Part shown: positions 39,592 to 52,362 of the stretch, piece after piece
Layout of the letters: every line of letters starts with the position of its first letter
Numbering within the stretch: the first letter of the stretch is position 1
DNA from: Hydrurus foetidus
Taxonomy: Eukaryota
Direction: 5' to 3'
DNA: 64,000 nt
Assembly: GCA_900617105.1 (NCBI GenBank)
Contig: UYFQ01000056.1
Location: 186,001 to 250,000 of the forward strand
Translations under genes and position numbers: made by a program
Notes under the pieces: model-generated
What the model was told of the DNA's origin: nothing
The model's input: only the letters and a program-made list of their open reading frames with translations
The model's database searches: none

Positions 39592-42500
39592 TTGTGGAAT
39601 TCAGACGCCCCTAAATCAAAAAGAAGCAGCAACAAATTTTGTGATGAGAGAAGTTTTATAATTTTGAACACGCGGAAGAGGAACTTTTGCGCTGAGGAAA
39701 GACCTGAAAGCTGTCAAAGGACTGGTTTGCGATCTACGGAGGAATCCAGATAATCTTCACGGTGCGGCTTTGTCGAGATATACCTTTAAGTCAGCATTAG
39801 CTTCACGGATGATCTGTCAGCATACAACTCACTTCGTGAGTACATAACTTTGATGGCATTTCAATGACAACACCCTTCAATTCACCATTATGCAGATACG
39901 AATTGCGTACAAATTATAGCTCCAGATGATACAGCTGCAGTACATCCTGCAACATACTATCCAGGAGAGCGACTTGGAAATATCAGCCGTGATGCCGCTT
40001 CTATACTCTCGGAGCCAATGGACGCACCAAGTCCGCAATTAGATGAGTGCAATGTGTACAGTGTGGGTTACACATTTGTTTGTATACTTCTTGAGGATTC
40101 TAGCCATCGCCCTGCAGGTTTTCTAGTTAAAATAATGGTATACTCTATAAATTCTGATTTATGGAAACAAAAACATTTCGACATTCTAAAAGAGAAAGAG
40201 ATGAAACCAACAAAGATGAAACCAACAAAACTAATCAAAATCGAAATGTAAAAGTATAATTACAATATTCAACTTGCAATATGCAATATATACATTAATT
40301 ATCGTTTTCATCATCACTATCATCAACGTCATCGGTTATTTCTACAACATCGTTATTTTTTGCATAATGTTCTAGAATTGCTCTCTCTAAATATTCGATA
40401 TTATCAAAATCTTTTTCTTTTTCTTTTTCTTTTTCATCATCTGAACAGATATCAATCGTACCTTCTGGAACTACAGATAGAGTTCCACATAATTGCTCCT
40501 TTTTGTATTTCACGAATGAGGAAGGTTCAGTATTGGTCTCCGAGGGTATTGGAAATGTTCCCGTCTTGACGAAAGTTCTGTGGATACATTCTTTGAAATT
40601 TTTCTCTGTCATCTGTTCGTTGAACAATCGAATTAAGTCTTGGATACCTTCCAACATTGTAGGCTTTGGCGGATTAAAGTCCAATAATTTACGCTGCACT
40701 CGGGGGAGCTTGTTATTGATAGCTCTCTCTGCTTTGTACTCGTGGAAGCTTCTGTACAATCTATTCGCTCTATTTGTTCGTATATGAGCCTTTAATGGAC
40801 CATTTACCACTAGGTCCAGGACCTGCAGCTCTCCAGTCATATTTTTGGGTAAAAATACAACATCCACCCCGATTTCTCGTATGACATCCATTACACAGGT
40901 AGTCTTGTGGCTACCACAATTATCACACCAGAGTATCATTTTTTCAATGCTGTCTTTTATTGGTTTTATTAAAACTTCAAACCATAAGATCATTCGCACC
41001 GTGTCGTTCCAAGCTTTCACCTGACTTGTGATCACATGACCCGTTTCTTCATGTATAATGTAGAGTACCTTGTGCATTGCTGTCACACCATTTATAATAA
41101 GCTCACGACTCCATTCCTTTAGCTTCCAACCATCATTAATAGTAAATCCGTCTTTTTTGTTCAATTCACGGATCACTGTCATAGTGGTCTGATCAGGTTT
41201 CTTCTCTGAGCAGACGGAGTGCTTTATGATGAGCATTAGAGGGGCGAAATTACCCTCGGCACTAACTGCAATTACAGCTGTGATTCTCAACTTTGTATTG
41301 GAGATTCCTATATTTGTAGCTCGCGCTTGATTTATCGGACAGTAGACATGTGTGGGACCTATTGCCCACGTAAAGGCAGTTTCATCGAAATTGTAACACG
41401 ATCTAGCTGTGTGCTCATTCTCGATTAACTTTTTCTGACCGATTCTCAATACGGCAGCAATTTCTTCATCCGAAGGTACTACCTTGTCCTCTCTCGTTAT
41501 TTTTCTTCGTGTTACTCCTCCGCGCAGAAGGAATGATTTAACCCATTTACTTGTAAACTTCATATTTTTTATTTCCTCATTGCATAACCAAACTTCTCTA
41601 GCTTGAACATCTTTCGCTGCCATCTCTACTATCGAATATGAGTATGTAACATTAACAATGACTCTAACATCCTTTTTTATTTCCTGTAGAATATGAAAAA
41701 ACAATATCGTTACTCGTGTACAAAACATATGGTGAACACGGAATACAGTTTTTTTACATACCTCATCTGTGCTTTGTTCCATAACACACATCATCAAATT
41801 GCCCCAAATTTCTGACTCAAATGATTCGTTGATTTTGCGACCAGGTTTCTTCTCGACATGAGCTTTTAAGGAATACCAGCGCCTCATGGTTCGATCAGAA
41901 ATTTGAGAATAATACGGTATTTGAGATAGCAATTGTACTACAGCTAAAGATGACACATAGTCGGCGTCCTTGTAATCACGAGTATATGCAACTTCGCGCA
42001 CAATTTCGAAGAGAGCAATTACGTTTTTACGATCTTCATCACCGAACACTACATATTTTCTTGGGAGGTCAGTATATGCTCGGATTATTTTTTCATCATT
42101 TTCGAAATCTTTAGTAATCATATTCACTACTTCTTCTTTTTCTTTTTCCTCTTCTTCTTCATTTTCATTATCTTCTTCATTGTCACTATCATTTTCATTT
42201 TCATCTTCAATTTCATTATGCATGCTATTTGTAAGCATTTCATCATATTTTATTTTCCTTACAACTGCTACTTTGATTGCAGACTGTAAATAGAATAATG
42301 AATCCTTTTTACCGAATTTCTCTTCTATTGAAGTAACGAGTTTATTTGTACTTAGACTGATCGCTTTCTGTCGGAGTTTGGAGGGTGATTTCCGTACGAC
42401 ACGAGTTTTTTTTTCAGGTTTTTTTTTTAGCAATTTTAACAGCACTGGGTAGAACAAATTGCCGAACACAGAAGATGGAGATGAGTGAGGAGAAGGCTCG

Positions 42501-42987
42501 TAATTATTCTTTAAAAAAAGACAATTTCTGATGTGAACTATTCTGGCCATCAGATCCGAAAACGCTTCCAACTCAGGACGGCTACTACAATCGTAATTAC
42601 TAAATTTTATTTCTATTGTTCGCTGAGCACCAGTGAGGTCGAAGAAGTCAGGAACAGACTTCGATTTGGTTGATACTATAACAGTATCCATGCCCATTTT
42701 ATTGAGTTGCTTCTGGAATAATGATAACCCATGAGACAAGGCAACTGGATCAAGAAAAAGATCAGCCTTCGTAGGAGAGTTTTTGGGGAGAAGTTTATTC
42801 ATTTTCTCGCTAAGTCCAGTTGCCGTCCATTGAATATCACTTTGTATCATCCTTGAGTCATATCTAGCTAGAATGTTAGCGACCATGAAGGCGCAATAGT
42901 CAGCAGATAGCTGATAGTCCTTTGTTTTCCCCTTCTTTTTGCCTGGACATTATGGACGCTTAATGTTAGGGGGCGTCTGAATTGCAG
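39592..42987 (-). mobile_element. pogo/Tc5-like DNA transposon
   Basis: Inverted match aattcagacgcccc (39598) / ggggcgtctgaatt (~42969); right end ...gcag|TA; encloses the transposase ORF. Confidence 0.7.
40295..42886 (-). CDS. pogo/Tc5 (DDE_1) transposase, apparently intact
   Basis: YNFDET, RITAVIAVSAEG, LWCDN..SH, LPKNMTGELQVLD; probable in-frame 78-nt intron ~41684-41761. Confidence 0.88.
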   Translation of the reverse strand: MVANILARYDSRMIQSDIQWTATGLSEKMNKLLPKNSPTKADLFLDPVALSHGLSLFQKQLNKMGMDTVIVSTKSKSVPDFFDLTGAQRTIEIKFSNYDCSSRPELEAFSDLMARIVHIRNCLFLKNNYEPSPHSSPSSVFGNLFYPVLLKLLKKKPEKKTRVVRKSPSKLRQKAISLSTNKLVTSIEEKFGKKDSLFYLQSAIKVAVVRKIKYDEMLTNSMHNEIEDENENDSDNEEDNENEEEEEKEKEEVVNMITKDFENDEKIIRAYTDLPRKYVVFGDEDRKNVIALFEIVREVAYTRDYKDADYVSSLAVVQLLSQIPYYSQISDRTMRRWYSLKAHVEKKPGRKINESFESEIWGNLMMCVMEQSTDEVCKKTVFRVHHMFCTRVTILFFHILQEIKKDVRVIVNVTYSYSIVEMAAKDVQAREVWLCNEEIKNMKFTSKWVKSFLLRGGVTRRKITREDKVVPSDEEIAAVLRIGQKKLIENEHTARSCYNFDETAFTWAIGPTHVYCPINQARATNIGISNTKLRITAVIAVSAEGNFAPLMLIIKHSVCSEKKPDQTTMTVIRELNKKDGFTINDGWKLKEWSRELIINGVTAMHKVLYIIHEETGHVITSQVKAWNDTVRMILWFEVLIKPIKDSIEKMILWCDNCGSHKTTCVMDVIREIGVDVVFLPKNMTGELQVLDLVVNGPLKAHIRTNRANRLYRSFHEYKAERAINNKLPRVQRKLLDFNPPKPTMLEGIQDLIRLFNEQMTEKNFKECIHRTFVKTGTFPIPSETNTEPSSFVKYKKEQLCGTLSVVPEGTIDICSDDEKEKEKEKDFDNIEYLERAILEHYAKNNDVVEITDDVDDSDDENDN

Positions 42988-43583
42988 TAATAAAACATTT
43001 TTTAAGCACTTTTATCGTTTAACTCCAATGCTCAAAACTTACTCATAGTTTGTGGTTCCATCGATACCGACCGCAAAGATGATGATGAAGTATGAGATGC
43101 AAATCTGTGAGCGTGGAGTTTGTGAGCTATGCTGCCATCATCCAAATAAAAATTGGCCAGTGCGCTAGCTCCTAATGACTCGAAGCAGCAATGCTGCGCA
43201 GAATTGATGGTCGTGCAATATTGACTGAGTTGTGATGGAGGACATTCATCAGTATATTATGTCCTATTATGTGCAGGATCGACGAAAAAATGTCAAACGA
43301 CCGTTTCAAATACAAAACATATGGCACTCGACGGTAGTACAATTACCGTAGATACCTATCTCGACGAGAGTTACTCAAAAACGATATCTCCTTGTTTTCG
43401 GTCCCCGCTCTGGGACCGGTTACAGCGAAACGTCGTCATATCACAACAACTGGTACCTACGGAAAGCAGAAAGCTGGTCAACAGTCAACATCATCATAAT
43501 GAAAGCTGGTACCTATGTTCATCTCAGAGATTCACTTCGCCCCATCCGGCATAATTCTATCAGGACACAACAGAAATTGGCCT

Positions 43584-45344
43584 ATGAAGTATCTAGCGTC
43601 AATCATGTGCAGACGTACTTTCGCGCTGATTTGCTTGTCTGTATTCGTGCAAGGTACTCAGTTCACGTCTTCAACGATTCCAACTCCCGTAGGATTTCGC
43701 TGACAATGAGTCACTGAATCACCACAGGTCATCTGACGAGCTCGGCCGTTCTCGCTGCGGAAGAAAACGAAGGCCGAGTAAACTCCCTGACGAACGCAAA
43801 AAATGCAGAAAGTGCCCCCGTCAGTAAACCAAGTAAGATAGATATCCTACACAACACTGACATCACTTATGCCTCATGTGCAATTGTCTGTTTGTCTTTG
43901 GTTATGACAGATGGCGGTGAATTACCTATCCTAGAGTGTGACTTTGAGGCTTTCGACGTTCCATGTAAGTAAGGAGATTCAGTGAGTACACTGACTCGTA
44001 CTTTATCTCACCAAGATAAGACCTATTACTAAATCCGCTTCTCTCACGCATCGACATAGCGGACAGGAAAGCGATTCCGTATCCAAATACACCAAGATGC
44101 AAACCAGGATATATACCTAGTGGATGATGCTGCGTGCCGTGTCCTCCGGGAACTTACTGGTCGCTCGGGGAATGCGTACCTTGTAATCCCGGAACCTACA
44201 ACAATGAGAAAGCGTCATTACAATGCCTTCCTTGTGAAGAAAACACCGTTGCTCCTGAACATGGCAGCAAACAGTGCCATCCAAATCTAGAGTGTGACTT
44301 TGAGGCTTTCGACGTGTCACGTAAGTAAGGAGATTCAGTGAGCACACTGACTCGTACTTTATCTCACCAAGATAAGACCTATTACTAAATCCGCTTCTCT
44401 CACGCATCGACATAGCGGACAGGAAAGCGATTCCGTATCCAAATACACCAAGATGCATACCGGGATATATAGTTAGTAAAGGATGCTGCGTGCCGTGTCC
44501 TCCGGGAACTTACTGGTTTCGCTGGAAATGCATACCTTGTAATCCTGGAACCTACAACAATGGGAAAGCGTCATTACAATGCCTTCCTTGTGAAGAAAAC
44601 ACCGTTGCTCCTAATCCTGGCAGCAAACAGTGCTATCCCTGCAAGGAGCCATGGTATACAACCAATGGCATCAATTGCATCTCGAGGCCAACAAGTTCAC
44701 CCACTTGTGGAGCACCAACAGCGAAACCATCACGATGCCCTACCCCCGCACCGTCAGCTGAACCAACTTGCGGAGCACCAACAGCGAAACCATCACGATG
44801 CCCTACCCACGCACCATCATCTAAACCAACTTGCGGAGCACCAACAGCGAAACCATCACGATGCCCTACCCCCGCTCCATCAGCTAAACCAACTTGCGGA
44901 GCACCAACAGCTAAACCCACTTGTGGAGTTCCATCGGCACTTCCTTCAGCAAAACCCACGGTGAAACCTACTCCGAAATGCACTAAAGGATATTACTTTG
45001 ATGGAGTTAATTTTGTACCTTGCCCTCGAGGAACATACTGGGTTGACGGTAAGTGCATTCCATGCAAATCAGGAACCTACGGTCCTAACCTGGCGTCAAC
45101 GCACTGCTATGAATGCGACAAAAGCGCCGTTGCTCCTTCGGCCGGCAGCGAAGAGTGCCACCCGTGCCCGCCGCTGTGGCATACAGTCGATGGCATAACC
45201 TGCTTCCCGCCCGCTGTACCTACGATGTCACCTGCGAAAAATCCCCGAACGAAACCGTTCGGAAATTCACCCAATAGACCTCCTTTCTGGTGGTGTGAAA
45301 AATATGGTGGTTGCCCTGAGGATCCGATCGAATTCAAACCGTAA
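43584..45344 (+). CDS. Secreted Cys-rich protein with GCC2/GCC3 (ephrin-receptor-like) repeats and a Pro/Thr-rich linker; multi-exon; possible premature stop
   Basis: Signal-like exon 43584-43653 (MKYLASIM...FVQG); GT-AG introns; CPPGTY..C.PCNPGTY repeats; PTCGAPTAKPSRCPT repeats. Confidence 0.75.
44700..44935 (+). repeat. Coding tandem repeat, 63-bp unit
   Basis: ccaacttgcggagcaccaacagcgaaaccatcacgatgccctacc repeated 3 times plus partial units. Confidence 0.9.
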
Positions 45345-48185
45345 GGTTTAAGATTCGGCACGACACAACGGTGTCAATACAACTCGTTCCCTTCCCTCGA
45401 CCCACCCAACACAGGCCTCCTTACCCCCTCCATCAAGTAGACTAGACAAATCAACGTTTTCAAGATGAACAAGGTACTTACTTTCTTACTTACTGACAAT
45501 ATATAGAGCCACGCGGCATCTTCCCATGGTCTCTGACAATCATGACTTACATGCCTGACGATGACAATCACTTGCTTGATTGATATGAACTTTAAATTAC
45601 TTATTCTTTATTATTAGATATATCTCATCAAAACCCACTGCACCTACGATCTTTTTACATTGGAAGATCTGTAGGTCACCTTCCCCTTCTACAGTAAGTT
45701 GACAACTTAATATCACAAAGGGGTCCGACACAATGAAGTCGAAGAATTTGCATTTGCAATATTAAAATAAGACGCCGTTTTCCCAATTAAAATTGACTTC
45801 AACTTTAGACAATTCTACAGTACTCCATTCCAAGCCTTACATCTAAGTCTAATATTGCCGCTTATGTGGCCACACAATGCTATCATTCCTCTGCACATTT
45901 CTCTACCAATATTCGAGATAATAGTTTATTACGGCATACGTAGAATTCGAGGGCTTAACACTGAACGTGACTACATTTCCTATCGGACTACACTGTGTAA
46001 ACCAATAATGGAAGGAGTTTGAGTTTGACGAAGTATCGCCATGTCTCAAGTGATCAGAAAAGTCCTTCGTGCGATTGCAACAAGCGCATTTCGACCTTAT
46101 GTGGTGTGTTATGTTGAACATTTCATGATGGCCTACATCAAATCGTGGAGTTGTAGTGTTTGCCACCTCCCTTTCTAACCATACGTCATATCCTAAAATA
46201 TTTCTGAAAGAAGAGCCTGTTGACTGCCGAGTTAATCACCACTAACTAGCACAGGGTGGCATACAGTATAAGCGATGCACGACGGCTGTTCCGTCCAATG
46301 ATGCGATGCATCTCCACGTTCAATTATTTACCATCGGAATTTAAGACGATGTTTTAGACGATATGATTCATATTTATAAGATGAACGGAATTAGATGACT
46401 CTTCCTTGCGCCAGTTACACCAGCAAAAGTTACGAGAAATGTTTTGAATCAGAATCAACCGCATTAAATTACAATTTGTACAAATTTCTACTTTCCATGG
46501 TATTGAAAAGGCGATCATTGTTCCGTTTTATTCTGTTCTGTTCTGTTTCGTTCTATTTATTTTAGTTATTTCATTCTGCTTATTATATTGTGGGAAGCGT
46601 AGAGTATCGAATGACGTACGGATCGTATTGGGATGGCGGGGCAATATTTCCGCACAAAAGTTTGAAATATTCAAATAAATATAAAACAAATGGAATCGGT
46701 AAAAAATTATCATGGGAGTCGTCAGTGTACGCATGAACTGATGGATACTGTCGGGTGAATAAAATGAAAATTTGCAAATGACTGTGTATTAAATGATGAG
46801 TGGAGTCTCTTGAGAGATCCGTCTTGAAGTTATTAAGCGCATGTTTCTAATTTGTTGTAGTAAATGTTGTTAGTTGTCAGTGTGGATTTGCTTTGCTGTA
46901 TAGCAAATAGAATTTCCCGCCATGAGAGGGAAGTAGTGACGCACGCACGTACTTACATCAATGAAGCGGAACAGAATGCATGATTAGATGGATGGATGGA
47001 TGAGATGGTACACGCACTACGTAGTGTACGGCAGTTTTGTGTGGAGTGGAGTAGACGCTCAGCTGTCTGCCTCTTGTCGTAAAACTGCTCCTTACACCAC
47101 ACGTACGCAAAGCGCACATGCGTCTAATAGACAATGTTAAACACCTAAACAGATCAGATAAGATCAGATCGGATAGAATCGGATCGGACCCCTAGACTTT
47201 TAATATACATTCAGAAGAACTGGATTAGACTAGACTAGACTGCACTAAGAGGCGCATTCAATCCGCCCTGTAGACAGGCAGTTTGGGCACCAAAAATAGA
47301 GGTGCGAACACTCATTTATTTTTCGCGCTGTCGATGACTGTTTACGAGAGATTGCTTCATTTTGTGTATGCTTTGCTATGTTGTGCTATGCTAAATGCGA
47401 AAGGTTAGTATATATATTGTGATGTAGTGTAGTTAAGTATAGCATGGTGTAGCGTACTGTATTTACTACATGTATGCGTGATGTGCGAGTGTGTGTAAGT
47501 ATAGATCGTTGAAAGGAATGTCTCGTTTGTCAGCAACGATCCGATCTGGCCTAACCCGTTTTGTGTCTAGGGGGCCTAAGGGGCCCGACCGTACAATATT
47601 TGATTTTCTTGAAATTGATTCCCACAAATGGAACCAATAGAAGTGATGATAGTAATACGTTCTTGTTGCATTGTAGTTGTAAGTGTTACATTTATGTTTC
47701 GAGTATTTTGACATTGTTAAAGGCGTCGTGCTTGGATTTATGTTGGATACATTTTTTTAGTGATGTAAATGTTGTGCTTGGGTTTGTAAGTATTGTATGA
47801 GTATTTTGATCGTGATTTTCTGTTAGTTCTGTAAGTTTTGTCTTAGTTATGTAAATCTTGTTTGTGCTATGCCGCTCATGTTGTATGTGCGTGTGCCTTA
47901 CACAGAATACGTCACTCGAGAGAGCTTAAAACGTAACCGTAGAATCATGTAAAATGACCAGTATTTCTCTTCATCTTTCAATTCTTTTGTTTTGTGTTGA
48001 CGTTTGTCACTCTAATTCTTTTGTTTTTATTCTTTCAATTTCCTTTCGTTTTTTCTTTCTTTTTTATATATATTTTTTAAGAGTAACTCCAGGGTAATCC
48101 TGCCGATCTTCTCCACCTCAAGTACTCATTTGATGCAAGCAGATGATACCAATGTTAGAGTTGGAAGACATGATGGCCGTCAGAA

Positions 48186-50660
48186 TCACCGCTTACTGAA
48201 CATTGATTTTAGGAATGAAAGACCCTTCGTTTTCGTTTTTAGTCCGCTTGGATCTTTGATGTAAGAGTCGATCATTTTTTCCAATTTAGCTGTTATTTGC
48301 TCAAAAGCAGGTCTTTCAAAGCTGTCTTGGTGCCAGCACACCTCAAGAAGATTGATGAAATCCACGGGCCAATCACTGTCCATCTTCAGTCTTTCTCCTT
48401 CCACCACTACTCGTGTTCTGTGCTGTGTTCTGTCGAAACCTTTGAATGGAGATTTGTTCCGGGCCAAAGTCCACATTATCATCGCAAAGCTGTACACATC
48501 AACTTTTTCTGTATACGGTTTGCCCAATACGACTTCTGGGGCCATATACCGTAATGATCCGGTGTTCCCGGTCATTTCATATACTTCATTAGGGGATGTT
48601 CTTTTCTTCGCCAATCTACACAGACCGAAATCAAATAGTTTCAGGCTGCCATCAGGAGCGAGACCGAGATTCTCTGGTTTCAGGTCTCTGTGAATGACCA
48701 TCGCGTGAGGATGCACTTCTGTGTGCAGGTATTTCAGCGCTATTGCAAGATCTCTGGCCAATTGCAACACCTCTACGTATTTGAACACTTTATTTCGGAA
48801 CATGGTTGGGTTGGATTCTTCGGCTGCTAGGTTCAGCACTTCAGATAAGTCACGTAGACGCTCCATCACAATGAAGGGTCTACGAATAAAAGGTGTGATT
48901 GAGAATATTAAATGAGTGTGTACATGGTGTATTTTACTTGATCTATGTCGACAGAATGAATAATTGAAATGAAATGAATTTTACTTCATTGAACGCTAAT
49001 AAATTGAAATAAAAACATATCGAAAAAGCTGCAACTGCTGCACCTAACAAAATTGTGACTACAGTCTGAATCGAGACAACTAGTTCACTTCAATGACACC
49101 GTGGTGAGTGTGCTTGAGAACATTTGATGACTGCCTAATCAACATTATCATTTTCATCACCACCACTTATGTCAGTCGACATGTAGCGAGCCACAGCGGT
49201 TTGTAAAAAAACTGTTAGCTGACATGTTTGAAAACAATTGCCACATCACAACGGGTGGTGGAAATGGTGTGTGTGATTTAGCAAACAAACAGACAGCGAT
49301 TGTGTGTTGTACACTATAGAAGCAAAATATGCTTACTTTAATATACGAGTTCAAGGTCAAAACAGTGCTTCTCACAGTGATTACATTGCATCATCAATCC
49401 AGTGATGAGGTCAATTTTTTTCTACTATTAAAGTTAGGTATTTCTTACCTTGGTATTACTCCACCTCCTAAAATTGATGCAATATTGGGATGGTTCAGAC
49501 GCGCCAAAAGCTCGCTTTCCACGTCAAATTCGTGAATTGCGATAGCGTGATTTGCTTTTTGTTCGCTCAGAATCTATGGAGTAATGCGATGCGTACAATA
49601 AGAATTAAATGGTAGTTTGCATCATAATGGAGGTTTCGTAATCTTATGTTTCGCAGATAGGCGTGAACATATTCCATCGTAATATGTCATCGTAAGGTCC
49701 AAAGTACACAAAATGAATGCATTTAGTACACTATACAATGTTGACAAATTATTGGCACCTCAACGAAGAAAAACAAAACACCTTCATGAATTAAATTTAT
49801 GGGTCAGTCGGATAATACACGAAAGATAGAAAGATGTACGTACGTACCTTCACGATGACAGACTGATTCTGCCATGTAGCGCTGTATATCTGAGAGTGGC
49901 TACCGCCAGTGACATACTCCAAATTAAGCATTTCGTTTAAATCAACTCTTCTGTTTATATTGCGTAGAAGACGTAGGTCAATTATATTGAAGTCGAAAGT
50001 TTTCTCAGTTCTTTGAGACTTCACAGCCCTTGTGCGCGTAGCGCCTGTGATGGAGGTCAGCGCACTGCCTATTGTAATATTGCTGCTCATCGGTCCTACA
50101 GATGACGTGATGCTCCCTCCGCCTCTGCTCTGATCGCCACTCCCTGGCTGATCGTCAAGAACACTCGAAGCCTCAGTGTACACTGAGCTATCCGGTTTGG
50201 AAGGGGACATTCTGTGGTCCTCATTTATGGCCACACTAGAGAACTCTCTTGCATAGTTGACAGCCCTTGCTTCATTTATATCGCTCCTTGTGTACGATGG
50301 TCTACGATTGTACGAAGTTCCAGGAGAAAAGGTGGGACTCTTGGAGGAGCAAGTGCTGTTGGAATCTACGTTATATCGGACATCACCACTGCTGTCTCTA
50401 TTGAATCTCGAAGGTATGAACACATCACTACCACAACTCGTAGCGCAAGTGTTGAAGTCTTCCGTACTGCGTCTTCGACCTTCATAGACATCGACAGGAC
50501 CGCGAATCAGCTTCGAAAACTTCGTGGAGGTCTGTCTGACGGCGTAAGCGTCAGATTCAGACCCGCTAGCTGCTGATGATTCATGTAAAGCGCAGAGAAC
50601 TTGACAAATATGCGAATCTTCGTTCTTAAAGCGATGTTTGTCATCCAGAACTTCCAGAAC
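48186..50660 (-). CDS. Tyrosine-kinase-like (TKL) protein kinase; exons ~50660-49848, 49573-49449, 48879-48186; native 5' end unclear
   Basis: GGSHSQIY..VIVK / LNHPNI / HRDLKPEN, DFG, YMAPE, DVYSF; splicing at GT-AG sites keeps the frame. Confidence 0.9.
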
Positions 50661-51989
50661 GTCCACACAATTTTGTCTGATGTATGGAATCATCTCTCTA
50701 CGCTTAAAATTACACTTTGCATAGTTTTTACCAGTTAACTCCAACCCGTCTTTGGTTACTTTCTCGATATCCAGGTGCTTATTCTATTTTGATAGACTTG
50801 TGATTATTCTATTTTGAACGTCAACACTATCGCTCCACATACCAGTGGTGTCGTCAAATACGTATAGTGTATTATTGCAACACTTCCAGTGAGGGTAATG
50901 CTTGAGGACAACATCGGCCGCACCCGAATCATCACTATCCAATACACCGGTTATTGTTTCCTTAGCCACATCAGCTGATGGCATTGTAATCAAATTATCA
51001 TCGAGGATGGACTCATATCCTTGGTTCATATCTTTCTGTGTGAACGTCAGCTTAAAGCCGATAATATCGCGCACAATAGTTGCGAATTTGTCGAGAAGAT
51101 CAGGTTTGTAGAACCTTCTCTCAATCATCATGCCATCAGCGCAGAGAACACACACTTTCTTTTTGATGAGGTTATTGTCTGAGCAATAGATGAACAATTG
51201 TTCAAGAACTCTAATCTCGTACTCTTGTAGTACAAACGAGCACACTGTAGCTTTCAAATTGTATTGATACATTCCCTTTTCTAGTTTTATATCGGTGACA
51301 ATCCTGCATAGGTCGGGGTTCTTCTCGGCAATAAGCCTGTGAATAGGAGCTATGGATTTGCGGAACTGCTCTAAAGACTCCAACTCCACGATATATCCAG
51401 ATACAACACTGGAGTCACATTGTGACACATCTAAATCCTCTGCCCAATTGTCGAAGCCGCCACCATACAGGTAGATGATGAATAGTCGTTTAATCTCATC
51501 ATTACTGCATCCATATGCCTTGGTTCCCTTGTCGAAGTACACTTGGCGGTTATTCACATAATCTGATAATTCCGGGCAGTCATAATTCTCGGCGTGACAC
51601 AATTGAAGCAACATCTCGGGGTGGCAGTTTTTGACGTCAAGATCCACCATCTCGCCACTTGCCAAAGTATGGCGGATCTCGCGCCGTATTGGGAATAATC
51701 CAAGGGCCTTCTCGGGATTGCTTCTTCCATATGGATTGTTCTCATTGCGTTTGTAAGTTACGGGCACCAATCCGTTTTTTTTCATTTTGGCAAGATATGC
51801 AGTCAATTGCGTCTTTTCATTCGCATAGATTCTGGACATTGAGTTATTGAAAGTGGTCTTGAGTAGTGACGAGTTCGTCAGTTTCACCAGCATAGATCTG
51901 TCGATCTTTTCGTGGAGTGTAATTCCATGAAGGACATTCTTCTTTGGGGAGACGGCGAAAGAGAGTTTGGGAGAGTTGGTCGAGTTCAT
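50661..51989 (-). pseudogene. Virophage/Polinton-like-virus TV-Pol (family A-like primase-polymerase) with start of a D5-type region; helicase absent
   Basis: YGRS, DLDVKNCHP (motif A), K.LF...LYGG (motif B), LCADG (motif C), LYVFD..TGMW; intronless. Confidence 0.75.
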
Positions 51990-52030
51990 CTTATTATATA
52001 CTATAGTAAGATAATCTTTTTAAGTTCTTT
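51990..52030 (-). promoter_or_regulatory. AT-rich virus-like promoter motif, also at 52363-52400
   Basis: Minus strand tatcttactatagtatataataagATG versus tatctaactatataataagatATG. Confidence 0.5.
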
Positions 52031-52035
52031 TCTCT

Positions 52036-52362
52036 TCAATTTTGTTGAGATCGACTGTTTTTCCTAAATAACTTGGGGGGATCGTTTGTATACGCCCGGA
52101 CTGGTTTTGGATTCTCCTTCTTGTTTTCCAAAGCCCGCTTTTTCATCGATGAGAGCATAGAGGCTCGATGTTTGGCCATAAATTCAACATCAGTCTTCTT
52201 TCTCTCGAAATATGCCCAATTTGCCACAAGTATCGCTTCTTTATTCTTAGCGCGGTATGTTGCAGCATATTCTCGTAACATCATTTTTCTGTGAGCTAAT
52301 TTTGCGTCAATCGCCGCTTGGATTTCAATTTGTGGGTCTGTGCTTACTACTTCATTCATCAT
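52036..52362 (-). CDS. Small basic helical protein, probably from the same viral segment
   Basis: ATG ORF, co-oriented with TV-Pol, sharing its upstream motif. Confidence 0.55.
   Translation of the reverse strand: MMNEVVSTDPQIEIQAAIDAKLAHRKMMLREYAATYRAKNKEAILVANWAYFERKKTDVEFMAKHRASMLSSMKKRALENKKENPKPVRAYTNDPPKLFRKNSRSQQN

Noticed and set aside
39320..40020. Possible Harbinger-like transposase remnant on the minus strand
   Set aside because: Motifs too degraded to support
46980..47460. Short-period repeats (gatg, agatc, tagac, ctatg)
   Set aside because: Ordinary degenerate microsatellites downstream of the kinase
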